Below, piece after piece: positions 49,520 to 62,949 of a stretch of 64,000 nt of DNA. The stretch's first letter is position 1, and every line of letters starts with the position of its first letter. A program made the translations under genes and the position numbers. This DNA comes from Azolla caroliniana (taxonomy: Eukaryota; Plantae; Polypodiophyta). The DNA lies in the NCBI GenBank assembly GCA_043228905.1, contig JBHGNT010000002.1:17546001-17610000 (forward strand). The letters are read 5' to 3'. A model generated the notes under the pieces. The model made no database searches and was not told where the DNA came from. It was given only the letters and a program-made list of their open reading frames with translations.

Positions 49520-52500
49520 TGTCGCGAAGTTTCGCGCGTGCATGTAAAAGGGCGAGACCACGGGGGTCTTGGGCGAGGGAAGAAGGGAGGCCGAGAACAA
49601 GATTCCGGACGCGTTCCGGAAGCGACCGAACGGGAGAGAGAAAGAGAGAGAAAGCGCGCGCTTGACACCGACTCACACCCACACACACACACATCACGCC
49701 GACCCAACTCACGCCCTTATGTACAGAAAACACAGGGAAGGGAAAGCACCTGACACCGACAAAGACACAAATATGCACAACCTTGTATATATATATATGA
49801 TTACAAGAGTGAGTTACAACTCCGACTCCGAGCCGGACTGAGGTAGGCTAGGTCGCAAGAACAGTTTGCCGCCAAGCCGCCGTCGGGGAGCTCTCGGGCT
49901 CATCGCGTCGAGCGGGGTCTTGCTTAGGAGGCCGAGCAGAAGCAACCTTCAACAGGGAGAGATACAACCCCGGCCGCAAGCCAGCTATGCACAGAAGAAG
50001 AGAAACTAACCTAACCGCTTGCCGTCATAGCTACTGCTCGACTCCTCGAGAAGGAGCAGAAAAGAAACGAAGAAAAGAAAGAATGTAGCTAACCCTAGAA
50101 AGAAACACAAAACGGTATACCCTTAAGAATCAAAGTGGGCAACCCTCTCACAAGAGGCGCTCCCTTCCTTTTATAGAACAAGGAGGGAGATGTGTTACAA
50201 TGTGGGATAAATCCCGACTTAACTACTGTTCGGCGCCATAAAGACGCCCTCGTTATTCACACTAAATGTACAAGGGTGAGCGCACATGCCGCACCCCGCC
50301 GATGTAGCCAACATTTCCCGGTTTCCGCCTCTGGCCGAAATTCTTCACGACATCCGCCCCCACCAAACCGCACGTCCACCGGTACATGCCAAATCCGGTG
50401 AAGGGTGAGAGATTTTGGCTGGTGAAAAAACCGGTCTTCCGTAATCCGCATCCCGGCTCGCTGCCGGCTTGAATCGTCGGCTTCGGTTCTTCCTTCGCGC
50501 TTACCTCCCCGTAGGCTCGTTCGACCCGTCGATGGGTCCTTCGCCGTGATCTCTGTAGTACACGTACGTCCGCTGGCCCTTGTTCGGCTGTATGCACGCT
50601 CCGCTCTCCGTCGTACACCCGATGTCCTTCGCCCGTAGTTGCCCGCTTGGCCTCCGTCGACCATTCACATGGTCCTGATTATCGTCCCGCGTTGTTCCCT
50701 AGTGCCTTCGTCCCCTTGTCGTCACCTTCCTTCTCCTTGGTCTTACGTCGCCACGTTGGCTCGGACCGCCAAGCTCTTCGGAACGGTGTGGAGGATCCTT
50801 CTCCGTTCTTCTACGCGACCTCCGAACCGTGCAACCCATTCTTCGCGCTTGCCTTTCCGCTTTGACACCTCCGTGTGCCGCATATCCTCGTCCATTGTTT
50901 GACGCTGCCTATGCCGCACTCCGGTTCTTTGCACGCCTTGTCGGCCCTTTTTCCGGCCAGATCGTGCATCGCTGCTAATCCGCATACCGGTGTCCTCCGC
51001 ATCCGAGGAACACCCCGTAGTAGCCCGCTTGGCCCTTTCTGTCTTGCGCTACTGCAATAGTCCGGAGCTCTCTTCTTGCCGTCGTCCCCTCGCCCCCACC
51101 AGCTTGTCATCCCAGGCTCGCCGTGTCCGTCTTCGCTATTCTGATTGAGTTGCCGAGATCTATGAAGCGAGTGTGGAGGATCCTCCTCCGGACTCCCTTG
51201 TCATCCCCTGACTCTGACCCTGTGCAGTCCACTATGCACTCGTCACCTCGTTCCCGGCACCTCCCTTGTGCCGTCTTCCGCTTCCTTTGTTCGACACCGC
51301 CCATGCCGAACACCATCCCGTAGTCACGCTTCGATCCGGCCCGCGATGGCCACTTGCGAGACTCTTGTTCCTCCCCAGGTGTGCCTTTCCGGCCCGACAC
51401 ACCTCCCCTTATTTGGCCCTGCCGGCTCCTTCCGAAACTGTAACCAGCCGGTCAGGGTTTCGCACTTCGCCCACCCCTATCTTACCGACTCCCGATCCGC
51501 TATCTCGTGTCGCCGGGTCCCGTTCCCTGCCACCACCGTCCTTTTCCCTAGGTCTTACGCCGACTCCCGTTAGCCGGCTACCGCAGTCTCCGGATCAGTG
51601 TGAGGGTCCCATAGGACCGGACTCTGTTTCTCTGCTTGCCGAAATTCGGGTGTCTTTTGTCGGAGTCCTTTGTGACTCTCCTCGTGTCTTCCGCGTAGCC
51701 GGGTCCCGCCTTCGTGTTGCTGGGTCCCATTTCCCGCTGCCACCAACCTTCTCTCTCGGTCTCATGTTGCCACGTTGGCTGAACTGCAGGAGTCTCTGGT
51801 TCGGTGAGGGGATCCCGTAGGACCAGACTTCCTTATGCCCACTGACCTTGCCGGAAGATCTGAGATGGACCGTAGCCGCCTCGCCGGCCTCATACCTCCA
51901 TGACGTTCGCCGCTTCCTATCGTCCGATCACGTTCTCCCGCCGCCACCGTCCATCTCCCTAGGTCTCACGCCGACTCTCGCTAGCCTGCCGCCGGAGTCT
52001 CTAGATCGGTGTGAGTGTCTTATAGGACCAGACTCCCTCTTTCTCCATTTTCCGCCCTTGTCCCCTCGCCGCCACCGTCAGTATCTTGGTGTTACGTCGA
52101 CCGCGTTGCCGACTGCCGAAGTCTCTAGACCCGGTGTGAAGGATCCTCCTTGGGCCTCCGATTTGTCTTCCCGACCCTGTCTTGGGTTGTCCTTCTCTGC
52201 ATATCGAGAGGGCGGTTTACTCCGCACCCGCTCCCCTGGTACCGACGTACCGATTTCCTTCCTTCCGGATTGGTTATATCGGAAACATGTCCTCCCTATT
52301 ATCGTCCAGGTCTGTTCGCATTGGCCGTTCCCGTTTCCCGCCGCCACCGTCCTTCTCTCTAGGTCTCACGTTGCCACGTTGTCCGAACTGCCGGAGTCTC
52401 TGGATCGGTGTGGGGATCCCGTAGGACTGGTTGCTTTCATCCTCACTCACCTGTGCTTCTTTTGAACTCTTCGCTCTCCTTCTCGCGTACCTGCCTCCAT

Positions 52501-53452
52501 CTCCCATCTCTCCAGGTCTCACGCCGGTGCTTGTTGCCGGCTGCCCGAGTCTCCGGATAAGACGTGGTGTTTCCGTCCCGTAATGATTTGCGGATGCTCG
52601 TTCGGGGTACCACTCCCCAAGCACGTTCGATGAGAAGCATCTGGACTTCGATCGATCAAGTGCCGCCTGCACTTGATTCTCCAATGTCCGGAGTTTCGGG
52701 CAGCGGTGTCCGAAACCTGCCGGTCTCTCTCCGCAACCTCGATCGCTAGCTTCCCGATTTGCGGCCTTCGCCTGGTCGGCTTGTGTCCTCATGTTAAAGA
52801 GGGCGATTTCTTTCGCACCCTCTTCCATGCCGGCACTATTGTACCGATCTCTTGCTATTGCGTGGGGCAAGTCCGTCTCCTCGATCTCGGCTTGCGTCCT
52901 CGATCTTTCCTCTTCCTCGAGCATCGCCTCGAGAGCTGGGTACGCCTCCGCAATCCTGGCCCCAACGCCGACCCTTGCCGACTCTCTTTGCCGTTCGGCC
53001 TCTTCCCGTTGTGATGGCACGCCGTCGTGCGCCTTCCTGTTAGCCTTCTCGGCTCGCTCATCGTCTAACCGTTGGCACACCCTTCCGACCTTCGACCAGT
53101 CCTTCGTAAGCCCATTCGCTCCGTCATCGTCTTCGAGCTCCATCCCGATGGCCTCCCGTTCCGCTCGGTCGATCGACCTGACAAACAATAGGACTTTGTC
53201 CGCCCCCACCAAACCTTGTTCCCGCTCCGGGAGCCAAGCAAGCCGTCGCTCGAACTCTCGGAACGTCTTCGTCGCGCCCCGGTGGTTCTTTGCCGATGTT
53301 ACCCACTGGTCGAAGTCGTGTCTTCCCCGGCTCTTCCGCCGTCCTCCATATGCCTGTAGGAGCGCCTCTTCAAAGGTCTCCCACGAACTATGAGCTCCTC
53401 GGAGCTCCTTCACTCCCGCGTGCATACGGACGACGACAACCCTACAGAAGAA
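49520..53452 (-). mobile_element. Gypsy family G copy 2: partial gag, long pol-less region, PPT 50353-50364, 3' LTR 49520-50352
   Basis: The LTR is the reverse complement of 47396-48227; GGTGGGGGCGGA precedes TG; gag 52850-53452 matches 48478-49085. Confidence 0.88.
51521..52560. repeat. About six degenerate ~100-bp repeats in the G internal region
   Basis: Motif GCCACCGTCC..TAGGTCTCACG..GAGTCTCTGGATCGGTGTG..TAGGACC recurs near 51521, 51730, 51933, 52063, 52334 and 52490. Confidence 0.75.
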
Positions 53453-56400
53453 CTCAGTGATGATGCGCTGGAACGTAGCCGGCGCTGTTTTTAGACCGAA
53501 CATCATAACTTCTGCTACAAAAACACCCCATTCCGTGACGAAAGCGGTTTTCTCCTGATCCTCCGGGTGCATTCTTATCTGGTTATAGCCGCTGAACCCG
53601 TCGAGGAAACTGTAGCATTCGTGGTCGGCTACCGTGTCGAGGACGCTATCCGTGAATGGGAGAGGGAAACCGTTGGTGACCGTTGCCGCGTTAAGCTTCT
53701 GATAGTCGACGCAGACGCGGATTTTTCCGTTCTTCTTGGGGACCAGTACGATCGGGCTCAACCATGTAGCCTGTTTAACAGGGCGAATGAAGCCCACTCG
53801 GAGTAACTTGTCAATTTCCTCTTTGACTTTAGCAGCGTAGTTGGGGTTCATCCTGTAGCGCCTCTGTTGAACCGGCCGAGTGTCGGGTAAGATGTGAATT
53901 TGATGTTGGTAGTATTGAGGATCCAGCCCCTTCATATCGGTGTAAGACCAACCAAAAACATCCTGGTAGTCGGTGAGTAATTTTACAATACATGCCCGTT
54001 CGCCTATTGGTAGATTATTGGCAATTTGTACCGTACGGGGATTCTCGTCCGAACCCAGGTTTATTGTTTCCAAGGTTGATGCTTTTACTCATTGTGAAAT
54101 GGCGAGTTCGCGTTCGAAAGCCTCCCGAGCATGACGTAGCTCGGCAACTGTGGTTGCATCGGGTTCATCCTGGGGTGGTGACTCCTCCGTGACTTCCTCG
54201 TCTTTAGAAGGCTCGATGGTTGGTAAGACATTGACTTCGAAGAGAGGAATGATCGTGGGATGATCATCTAGGAAGTCATCGACCTCCTCATCGGCCAATC
54301 CGTCGAGCATATGGACCCCTTCCGCGTATAACGGCGAAGTGTTGAGGGCGACGGGGACTCGTTCTTCAGTGATGATTCGGACCTTTGTCTTCCCTCTTCG
54401 GAACAAGATCATGTTGCATTGCCAATGTTGCTTGATATTCGCTGTACGCAACCACGGTCGACCTAGTAACATTGGGTAGGCGCCTTGTGTCTCCAGTCGT
54501 AGCACGACGGCCGAGATCGTGAACATGTGGCCTCCGAGTGTGAAGTCGAGATGGCGGATTAAACCAATGGGGCAAACGGAGCGGGTGTCGGCCATCCGAA
54601 GCCAAAAGGGGCATGGTTCCCATTGATTCAGGCCGAGTTTGAGACACGTTGATTCGCTAATAACGTTTACGCCGGATCCGCCGTCGATGATGCATCCGTG
54701 CAGGTCTTGTCCCTGAATGATGATTCGCACGGCTGGGTTCTGAGAATCCATGAGTGGTGGACCGGTACCTGCTTCGGTGAGGTGTACCGGTGGTGTCACA
54801 ATCTTAGTATTGGCCTGTAGTGCCGCCAGGGTGTCCCGGAATCTCGGCATGAGTGGTAGCAGTTTATGTAGGGGCAGCGAGATGCGGGAATTGGTAAGCA
54901 CATCCCATAGCTGGTCGTCCTCCGACGACGTGGGTGGTGCCGAGGTTTGTGGTACTTCACTGGGCCCGTCCCTCATGTCAGTTTGCATGCGTGCGGCATT
55001 ATTTTTATTGGTTGTGTCGACCCATTCTTTTGCTGCCTATCGTACTTCATCCTGGATTTGCCACTGAGTCGTCTGCGCTTTACTCCGGGTAGTGACCGTT
55101 TGAACATCGGCCATGATACTGTTTACCGCGGGTGCCTTGCCATGGTTAGTTGTCGGACATTGCGTGGCGTAGTGGCCTGGTTGGTTACATTTAAAACATG
55201 TCACGTTGGCCGAGCTGCTGGTGTCCGCTCGGTCTATGTGTGGAAGTTGTTGTTGTTGATCCTCGGTCTCGTTTGGTGGTGGGTTGTTCCGAGGTGCGTT
55301 GGAGTTGCGCTGGTCATGTTGAGGAACGTCCCGTCGGCGGTTGTGATTTGGTCTTCTGTTGTTGTGTGTGTTGCGATTGCCGTTTCGCCGATCCATGCGT
55401 GAGTTCCTTCGGTCATACCGATCATCGCGATCGTCATCGTATCGAGCATAATCGTCATGCTGGTCCTCGTGATAATAATCACGGCGATTATCATGTTGGT
55501 AGTCGTCGTTTCGGTGCCATCGATCCGGGGATCGCGGTTGGTCGTTATCCTGGTTGTGGTAGATATATCGCTCGTCCTGCCGAGAGTATGTATTGCGTGG
55601 CTCGATCTGGCGGACCGGTGCTGCCGTTGTGCGGTTCAGCATATTATATTCGCACTGCTCGATCGTGTGAGCTCGAGACTGACAGATCAGACACTGTGGT
55701 CGGTGGGGACATTCGAGGGCCAGGTGCCCTGATCCTGAACACGCAGTGCATTGGAGGGCTTGGCGAAAGCAGTTGTCCTCTTGGGGAAGAGCGTTTTGCA
55801 AGGATGTCATCGAGAAGGCCGTGCTGTGCTAATTCCGATCGAGGGCAAGAACGCGCGCTATGACTTGTTCGATAGTATGGTTGGCGAAAATTGTAAGTGC
55901 GAGAGTTGTTCGTAGAGGCTCTCGTAAACTGGATAGGAAAGTGTCCGGTATATGTTGTGCCGAGACATCATCGGCCACTTGTCTGTAGAGATCCTGGAAC
56001 CGAATCGTGAACTGCGCGACCGTTTCGTGCGGTTCCTGGCATATAGAGAAGAATTGCCGTAGCAGTTCCCGTTTAGGCACCTCGCGATGAAAAAGTTCAA
56101 GGAACTTTGTGCGCACGATTTGGAAACTGGTGGCCTCTCCTATTTCGAGACGAGAGTACCATCGTGCGGCCGGTCCCTCGAGGGAGAGTGTGAACTCGGC
56201 AATCTTCGAGGCATCGATTTCGGCTGGTGTGAGGCGGTGCGTGGAGTGGTTAGCCTGCCACGTGGATATGAAGGCACAGACGTGTGACTCCGCGTCAGGT
56301 CCGTCGGCATATCGTGGGTATCGGTACGACATGATGTCGTATTGTGGTTCTTCTGGTAGCACTGGAAAAGGGTTTAGTTCCGGTTGATTGACCTCCGGAG

Positions 56401-56740
56401 AGCTCGACGGGGGCGCTGGTGGTGAATCCACTCGCGATCGAGTGTCCGGTGGTGAGGATTGCACTGGACAAGCCCCCGATTGATCGGGAAAGGATTGGTC
56501 AGTGACCGCCGAGGCGGAAGTTCCTTCGACTGGCTCAGGGCGTCGAGCAGGTGGCCGAGACCTCGTGGTGCGAGAGGGCGCCGTAACGGCGGCTGGTGGT
56601 TACCTTCAACGAAGTTCGCTGTGCACTCACAGCTGTAACCGGGCGTGCCAAATTGTGTTACCCGTTCCTTTGGGTGAACACCTTTGAACTCGGCGTTTGC
56701 TAATTTCCTAATTTTACATTTCTGTCCTCTGGACAACAGG
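53453..56740 (-). mobile_element. gag-pol: Tat/Athila-like Gypsy J: LTR end (56654-56740), tRNA-Arg PBS (56638-56650), gag, protease, N-half of RT
   Basis: PBS TGGCACGCCCGGT; LEGPAARWY; CCHC knuckles; IIDGGSGVN; WLSPIVLVPKKNGKIRVCVDY, FLDGFSGYNQI and MMFGLK. Confidence 0.9.
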
Positions 56741-59700
56741 AATCGTACGCCGTCCTTGTCCTCCTGACTGATTACCCACCTGATCCCGGTCGGGCTCGTG
56801 TCCACCGTCACGTAGATGGGAACACCCTTGATTTAAACCGCTTTACGGAGGGCCGACGCTACCGCAAGCGCCTCCTTTAGTCTCCAGACCGACTCCGTGT
56901 GCTCCGTCCTCCACTCGAACCCACGCCCTTTCTTCAATAGCCCGTAGTGCGGAATCCAGATGTGGTAGAACGCGCATGCTCCCAAGAATCTGCGGACCTC
57001 CGTTACCGACCCGCAATCGTCCCTCATCGCTGAGATGGCCTCCACCTTTGCCGGAGACGATTTCCTACCGTAGGGCTCGCGTAGGTGTCCGACCACCAAG
57101 ATCTCTGACTGCCCGAACGCTGATTTTTCTCCGGAGAAGGTGAGTCATGCGTTTTCGAGCTTCTGCAGCACCTTGTTGTAGTCGTTAATGTGGTTCACGA
57201 CGAACCTCCGGCATCCGTCTGGCCCGACAGTCTCGTCCGCATCATCCACCAGACACCCCTTTATCGGGATGTCATCCAAGAATGGCATGGTGATGTAAAC
57301 GATGCAGTCCCTAAGCACCTTGTTCATTGCGTTCACCATATGCACCACCGAATTTGTCCCTCCTTGTGGTAGGGTACACATTTGTACCAGGCCGAGAGGA
57401 GTTCGCATGGTCGTGATATCCCTGCTCTCCACGGCTAGCTGGAACTCGTCGTACCCCGAGTATAAGTCACCGATCGAATAGATCGACCTTCCAGCGAAGG
57501 CCTACGCGAACTCGTCTATGGTCGGTCCGATTCCTGCATTACAAATGGTCACCCTGTTGACCAGTTGCAGGTCCTGAATGAAGCGCAACGTGCCGTTCTT
57601 CTTCGGCATCGTAAACCACCGATTCGAATACGGGGCACTCGACGGTTCGAGGATGCCCATCTCCACCTTCTGCGTCAGAAGCTCCATCAACTTCGTGATG
57701 TGAGCTCTCGGCATCAGAATCGGTTTGAGATTCCACGGTACATGCGGTACCGTGAAGATCACCATCGGTTCGACAATTGTAGGGTCCACGCACCCGATCT
57801 CCTCCGGCTAGAACGCGAAGGCTTTCCCATGCCTTCCGAGCATTCTCCGAAACCTCTCCTCCTCCGCCGGTAGTAGAAAGCCACCCCCACCGACCTTGAG
57901 CTCCCGTAGCGTTATGTCGGTGAACCGGTGCCCTATGCCAGCCAGATTCCTTGAACTAGGGTCCTCGCTGCCCTCCAGCAAGGGTGCCGCGACCGGCCTC
58001 ACCTTCCGGTCCACAATCTTGTACTTTGTATCCACGCGGACCGTCTGATCCAACCCGATCCTTTCCCCGAAGTCCGCGATGACTTCGTACATTCCCATAG
58101 AACCTACCGAAACGGTCAGGTCTTCTCTAAGGTCTTCACCGATCACCTTTCGCAACTTGCCCAAGGTGTCGTCAAAAGAGACCGCCTCCACGGCGTCGCT
58201 GATGTGTTCGTCGGGGAAGAGGACTCCGCATCCCCTGAGCCGCTCCTCCGCTCGCTTCTTGTAGAAATCCATGGACATCAGGTTGATTTCGGATCCATGG
58301 TCTACCAACGCCACCACCAGTTCCGGAATGTTCTCGATCCATACAGGGGTTTCCGTAGTTTCCCTGGCCCAATGCGGCTTTGTGTAGTGGCTTTCCGCCA
58401 ACTCGTCTTCTAGGGCCGTGTCTTCCAAGTGCGTGGTCTGCACCTCCACCGGCTTCTCCGGTTCTGGCTCCGTCGAGAGCCTCTTCCGCTTCACCAAGTC
58501 TACGATGGAGTCGTGGAACGCCCTCTTGGCGATTCCCAGTACCTCCCGCAACGACAACTCCACTTTACTGTCGAGGATACGTTCCTCCAGGACCTTTCGC
58601 AGGTCTGTGGTCCTTTCGATTTCGGTGCTCAACCGAAACCCCGCCTGCTTCTTTCCGTCTGGCGCGCCTGGGCTGCCGGCACCGGTTAGTTTCGATCCGA
58701 ACCGGGTCTCATACCTTTGCGGGGGACCGACCCCTCCGGCCTTTCCTGCCCGTTTGTCCTCTACCAGAACCTCATAGTTCTGGCAAGCGGCTTCTACGAA
58801 GCCCGTTTTCTCTTCGACCGGATTGTCCCAACCGGTGACCTCCTGGACCCTTTGCTCCGCGCGATCCGCCTCTTCCTTCTTCAGCCAAACTCCGGAGAGG
58901 CCTTCTAGCACTAGCGGCCAGAATCCGGAGTCCTTCGCCTTCCGGGTCTCATCACCCCCGACTCGAATTCCTGCCGACACTGAGTAGTTAACGGCTTCAA
59001 CATGTCGTGCCGCGGCCTCTTCCATCAACCTCTTCATTCCGCCGCACCCCGTATTTAGTTCTAGGGCTCTCCCGGTCTCGCTTGCGTGCACCCGCCCGTT
59101 CCAGAGGTACACCACGTTGTTCTTGAGCGCGTCGGCGAAATCCGTGCAATCCTTCCGAATGTGACTGATCGCGTCACACCACATGCACCGCTGCCCAGCC
59201 GGCGGCCTCCGGTCGCGAGGTTGTTCGCCGCTGTCTCTCCAGGCCTGTGTGATCTGCAGGTCGCGCACCATCTGTGTCAGCTCCTCCAGAGCCGCTCCTC
59301 CGGATGGGCCTCTGACCATGTCCTTTGATGCCGACCCCGACTCTGGCCAGATTCGGGTCTCTTCCTTCCTCACGACCGGCACCGATACCGGCTCCTCGAG
59401 CTTCCTCCCCGAGATCGGCCCTGACCCCGACGAGCTTCCGTCGCTCCAATCGCGTCGTTTGTCGAAACGGCTGCAGACCCGTTTTACCATGGCCCAGTCT
59501 GCCGTGATCCCTTCGTCCGTTTCCAATAGGGGACCCACCTTTTCCCTGTCGAGCGCGTCCACCGACTTGACAAACAGTAGTACTCGACTTGTTTCGAGCA
59601 CCGTTCGGTCCAGCGTCAACAGCCGCGCGAACCGTTTTTCAAACTCCTGGAGGAGCACCGACGTGTTCCTCCCTTTTTTGGGGCTTTCCACCCACGCCAT

Positions 59701-60654
59701 GAAGTTCCGCCTCGAGAGCCGAAGCGAGTCGTCAAACCCGTACTTCTCGAGGAGCTGCAGCTCGAACTCCTCCCAAGTTTGGCATCCGGCCAACACCTCG
59801 AGCACCTCAGTGTGGATGCCCGGCATCACCACCCGAGGGAATCCGGACCACCGCCTGTCCACCGGGATATCCCTCATGATCATTTCGGCCCGGTAAGCCT
59901 TCAAATAACTGGTGGCGTCTTTCCCTCTGAACCGGCATATAGAGCCCACGATCGATTCGATGGCTCTGTCGAGGGTACCCGTCCCCTCACAAGCGCTTAC
60001 CAGCCGGTCGACGGCTACCGCCATTGCTTGTGCTAGCTCCGATCCCCTCATCTTTCGACCCCTTTGCCGCCCGTTGACGTTGGGTTCACCAAATATGTGG
60101 CGTTGTTATGCGCGTGCGTGTAGAAGGGGCGGGACCACAGGGGTCTTGGACCGAGGAGCGAGAGAGAGAGAGGGAGAGAGAGAGCGAGAGATTCACAGAC
60201 ATGCAGAAGCAAGAAGGAGAGATATAGAACGGAACACTTGATTACAGTAACAAGAGATTACAATCTCCGACGGTTACAACCGGCAAGGCGGTGATGGCCC
60301 TGACACGGGGACCCTACTCACGCACAATGATAGAACACACTAGACCCAGAGAAACGCAAAAGAAAAAGCCTCTGCTGGCAGTACACGGCTACCCACGAAG
60401 CAGAGGTGTCAAACTCCCCGCACCCACAGAGAATGACGGTCAGAGGAGGAGACAGAGTTCAGCCCTCGGTCTTGCAACACTTCGTCCTGCTTAATGCGCG
60501 ATCCCCCCTAATAAATGTGCACTACTTAGTATTTACATCAGTTGATCCATTTACGAATCGATATCAAAATATCGATTCATGTGTCCATCCGTGTAAGAGC
60601 CGGTTCATGCGCCTTTTTGCCCGAATCCGCCTCTGGCCGGTTTTCTTCACGACA
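56741..60654 (-). mobile_element. gag-pol: Phygy-like Gypsy H: 5' LTR 60096-60654, tRNA-Trp PBS ~60074-60091, gag-protease-RT-start of RNase H
   Basis: 747-aa ORF with CMWCDAISHIRKDC and LVDHGSEIN; RT PKKNGTLRFIQDL, LPQG, FLDD; RNase H VDTSPTG. The lineage name is an inference. Confidence 0.88.
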
Positions 60655-62350
60655 ACGTCCTCCCGTAATTGGGCGTTGTCGTCTTTTGTCCGGATGTGCT
60701 ATCCTACCTCCGTAGCGAGTTTCTCTTCCAGGGTTTTTATTGCCTTCTGGCCGTTAGCCCGTATCTCCTTTTCTCTGTTTGAGGATTGGCGTAGTTCCGC
60801 TCGAAGGCGGTCAATTTCTGATTCCGCTAGTTGCACGACCCTTTTCACTTTTGAGGCGATGGCGATCTGAGCCTCAATTTCTTCCTATAAAGCGTCAATG
60901 GCTTGGTTTGGTGGCGGAGTTGTGTGTTGCGCCGTAGCCGCGTGAGCTTCCAACTCCGCGATGCATTCGTTAGCTTTTTGTAGTTCGACTTGGGTCAGTT
61001 TCACCTTCTTCCAGACATTCTTATTTTTTATGGCCATCTCCTTGGCGCCCGGGCTGACCTTTGCCAGTTCCCGATGGACTTCGACTAGGGCCGTGTTTAA
61101 TGGGGGTATCTCCATCCCCACGCGGCATACCCCAATGTTTCTCTTTCTGCCGACCCTGACTAATCGGTCCTCATCGTCGCTCTCCGTGGTTTGTGGTAGG
61201 GCTTGCTCAATCATCTAGCGTTCCGCATGCACTTCGGCCATTCGTTTGGGCGGCTTTTACCTGCTGTGTTGCCAGGAACTCCATGAGCTCAAAAGAAGTG
61301 TCGAACTGTAAGAGGGCGCTGAACTCATGGGCCGTATTTGGGATATCCGGATATGGCAAAACCTCGCTTTCCGCCGTCAATACAGCTTTCCCTCGTTGGG
61401 ACTGGGTCGTAATGATCGCCCGTGGCTCTCGAATGATTTCGAAGGTGATATTGGGTTCTGTAGCTGCGGAGCCATTGCCTTCGGTCGGTGTTTGTGTCGC
61501 CGTGGAAACATTTTTGACCAACCCCCGCCCATCCTTCCTGTCCAATCTACGCCGTTCCAGTCTTGGGCTATCCTGCCGTGTTTTGGTGTCTTGCTCTAGG
61601 GCTACTTGCATGGAACGTGCCGGTTGTTCCTCCTGCGTTGTCCGTGTGTCCGGCTGGTCGGTAGGTGGTGTTGTCCTTGAGTCAGGGTGGGCGGTTTGGG
61701 GTTCCTCTTCCCACTCTAGGGCCGATAACTCTGCTAACCTGCGCTTCGCGGATCGGGGCGGGGGCGTGGGCCGGCTGGGCTGCGGTGCCGGCATCCCTCG
61801 GGGTGGAAATAGTACCGTAAGGTACTATTGTATGATCGGCCTGAGCTTTTTGCCTGCCTGGTACGCATGCAGGCCTTCCATTAACGCCGGCCCTGTGATG
61901 ACCCCCCAATCTACCGCGCGCCCCTCAAAGGTATCGATAATGATGCTTGCCTTCTGCTTAGGCATCCCATATGCGTTGACATGTACGTCGCCGACTTCTA
62001 GCAGGAACTTGGCCACTTCAAGGAAGAAGGGATCGGAATCTGCTTGGTTCTATAGGCCTTGGTGGAGGAGGAATATGGCCCGAAATATCGCTGCAACACC
62101 TTTGTAGGAGGGATGTCGAAATGCATTTCGCCTAGCGATGACAGGTCCAACTTCTTCCGGATGGAGGAGTTGGTGACCGTGTCGATGTTAAGCTTCCTGG
62201 CGATGTCCATGGCATCCGGGTGTGGGGGTGCTTCTGCGACCCGGATGTACCCATCCAAGTGTTTCTCCATGAGCCATCGGCGTAAGGCAGTAGAGATGAA
62301 GATCGTCATCGCCAGAGGAGGTTCGTGGGAAGGAGACTGGTGGTTGCGAT
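60655..62350 (-). pseudogene. Gypsy 3' extra ORF, N-terminal and central part
   Basis: ORFs 61998..62498, 61825..62016 (GRAVDWGVI..ALM), 61207..61794 and 60885..61214 (coiled coil), downstream of the integrase on the same strand. Confidence 0.65.
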
Positions 62351-62949
62351 GGGCTATAGTTGTGTGATAGGATGGAGGAGAAGGTGAGGGGAAGGAGCGA
62401 TGGAAGCGCTGATAGCTAGAAGATGAGTTTCTGCTTTGTGTAGAAAATCTTCTGTTTCCTTCTTTTTGTGGCTTAGGGTTCATTGGGCGGTGAGCCATCG
62501 TGGTGCCGCGTGTTCTTGGACTAGGAGTTTGTGCATGTCTTTAGTCGTTTTAATAGTCGCTATCTTCTCCTTCTTTTTTTTTTTCTTTTTTTTTCGTAAC
62601 GGTTATCTACAACCTATTTTTACATTATGGTACAAGTGGGGCCGCTCATTTACGGTGCGGGTTCTCCGGCTCTATCCTGGTTGGTGGTGAATGGGTTCGG
62701 TGGCGTAGGGCCTAGGTAAGGTTTAAGCCGAAACCCATTCACCTTTTGCCGGACTACTTCCCCGGCCAGCATACCTAGTTGGAACGTGCCTTGTTCCGCT
62801 CCAATTAGCCAGTATGGGCCGGTCTAGCGGAATCGTAACTTCCCCGGCATATGGCCCATGCGAGTTTGAAAAACCAGCACTGCTCGACCCACGACGAACT
62901 ACTTTTCCCTTGCATTCTGATGTCAATCCACAAACGCTTTACGCCGTCG

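Noticed and set aside
47391-60659. G1 and H LTRs as two ends of one insertion
   Set aside because: They have opposite orientations, different LTR interiors and non-matching flanks (CGCGT versus ACGTC).
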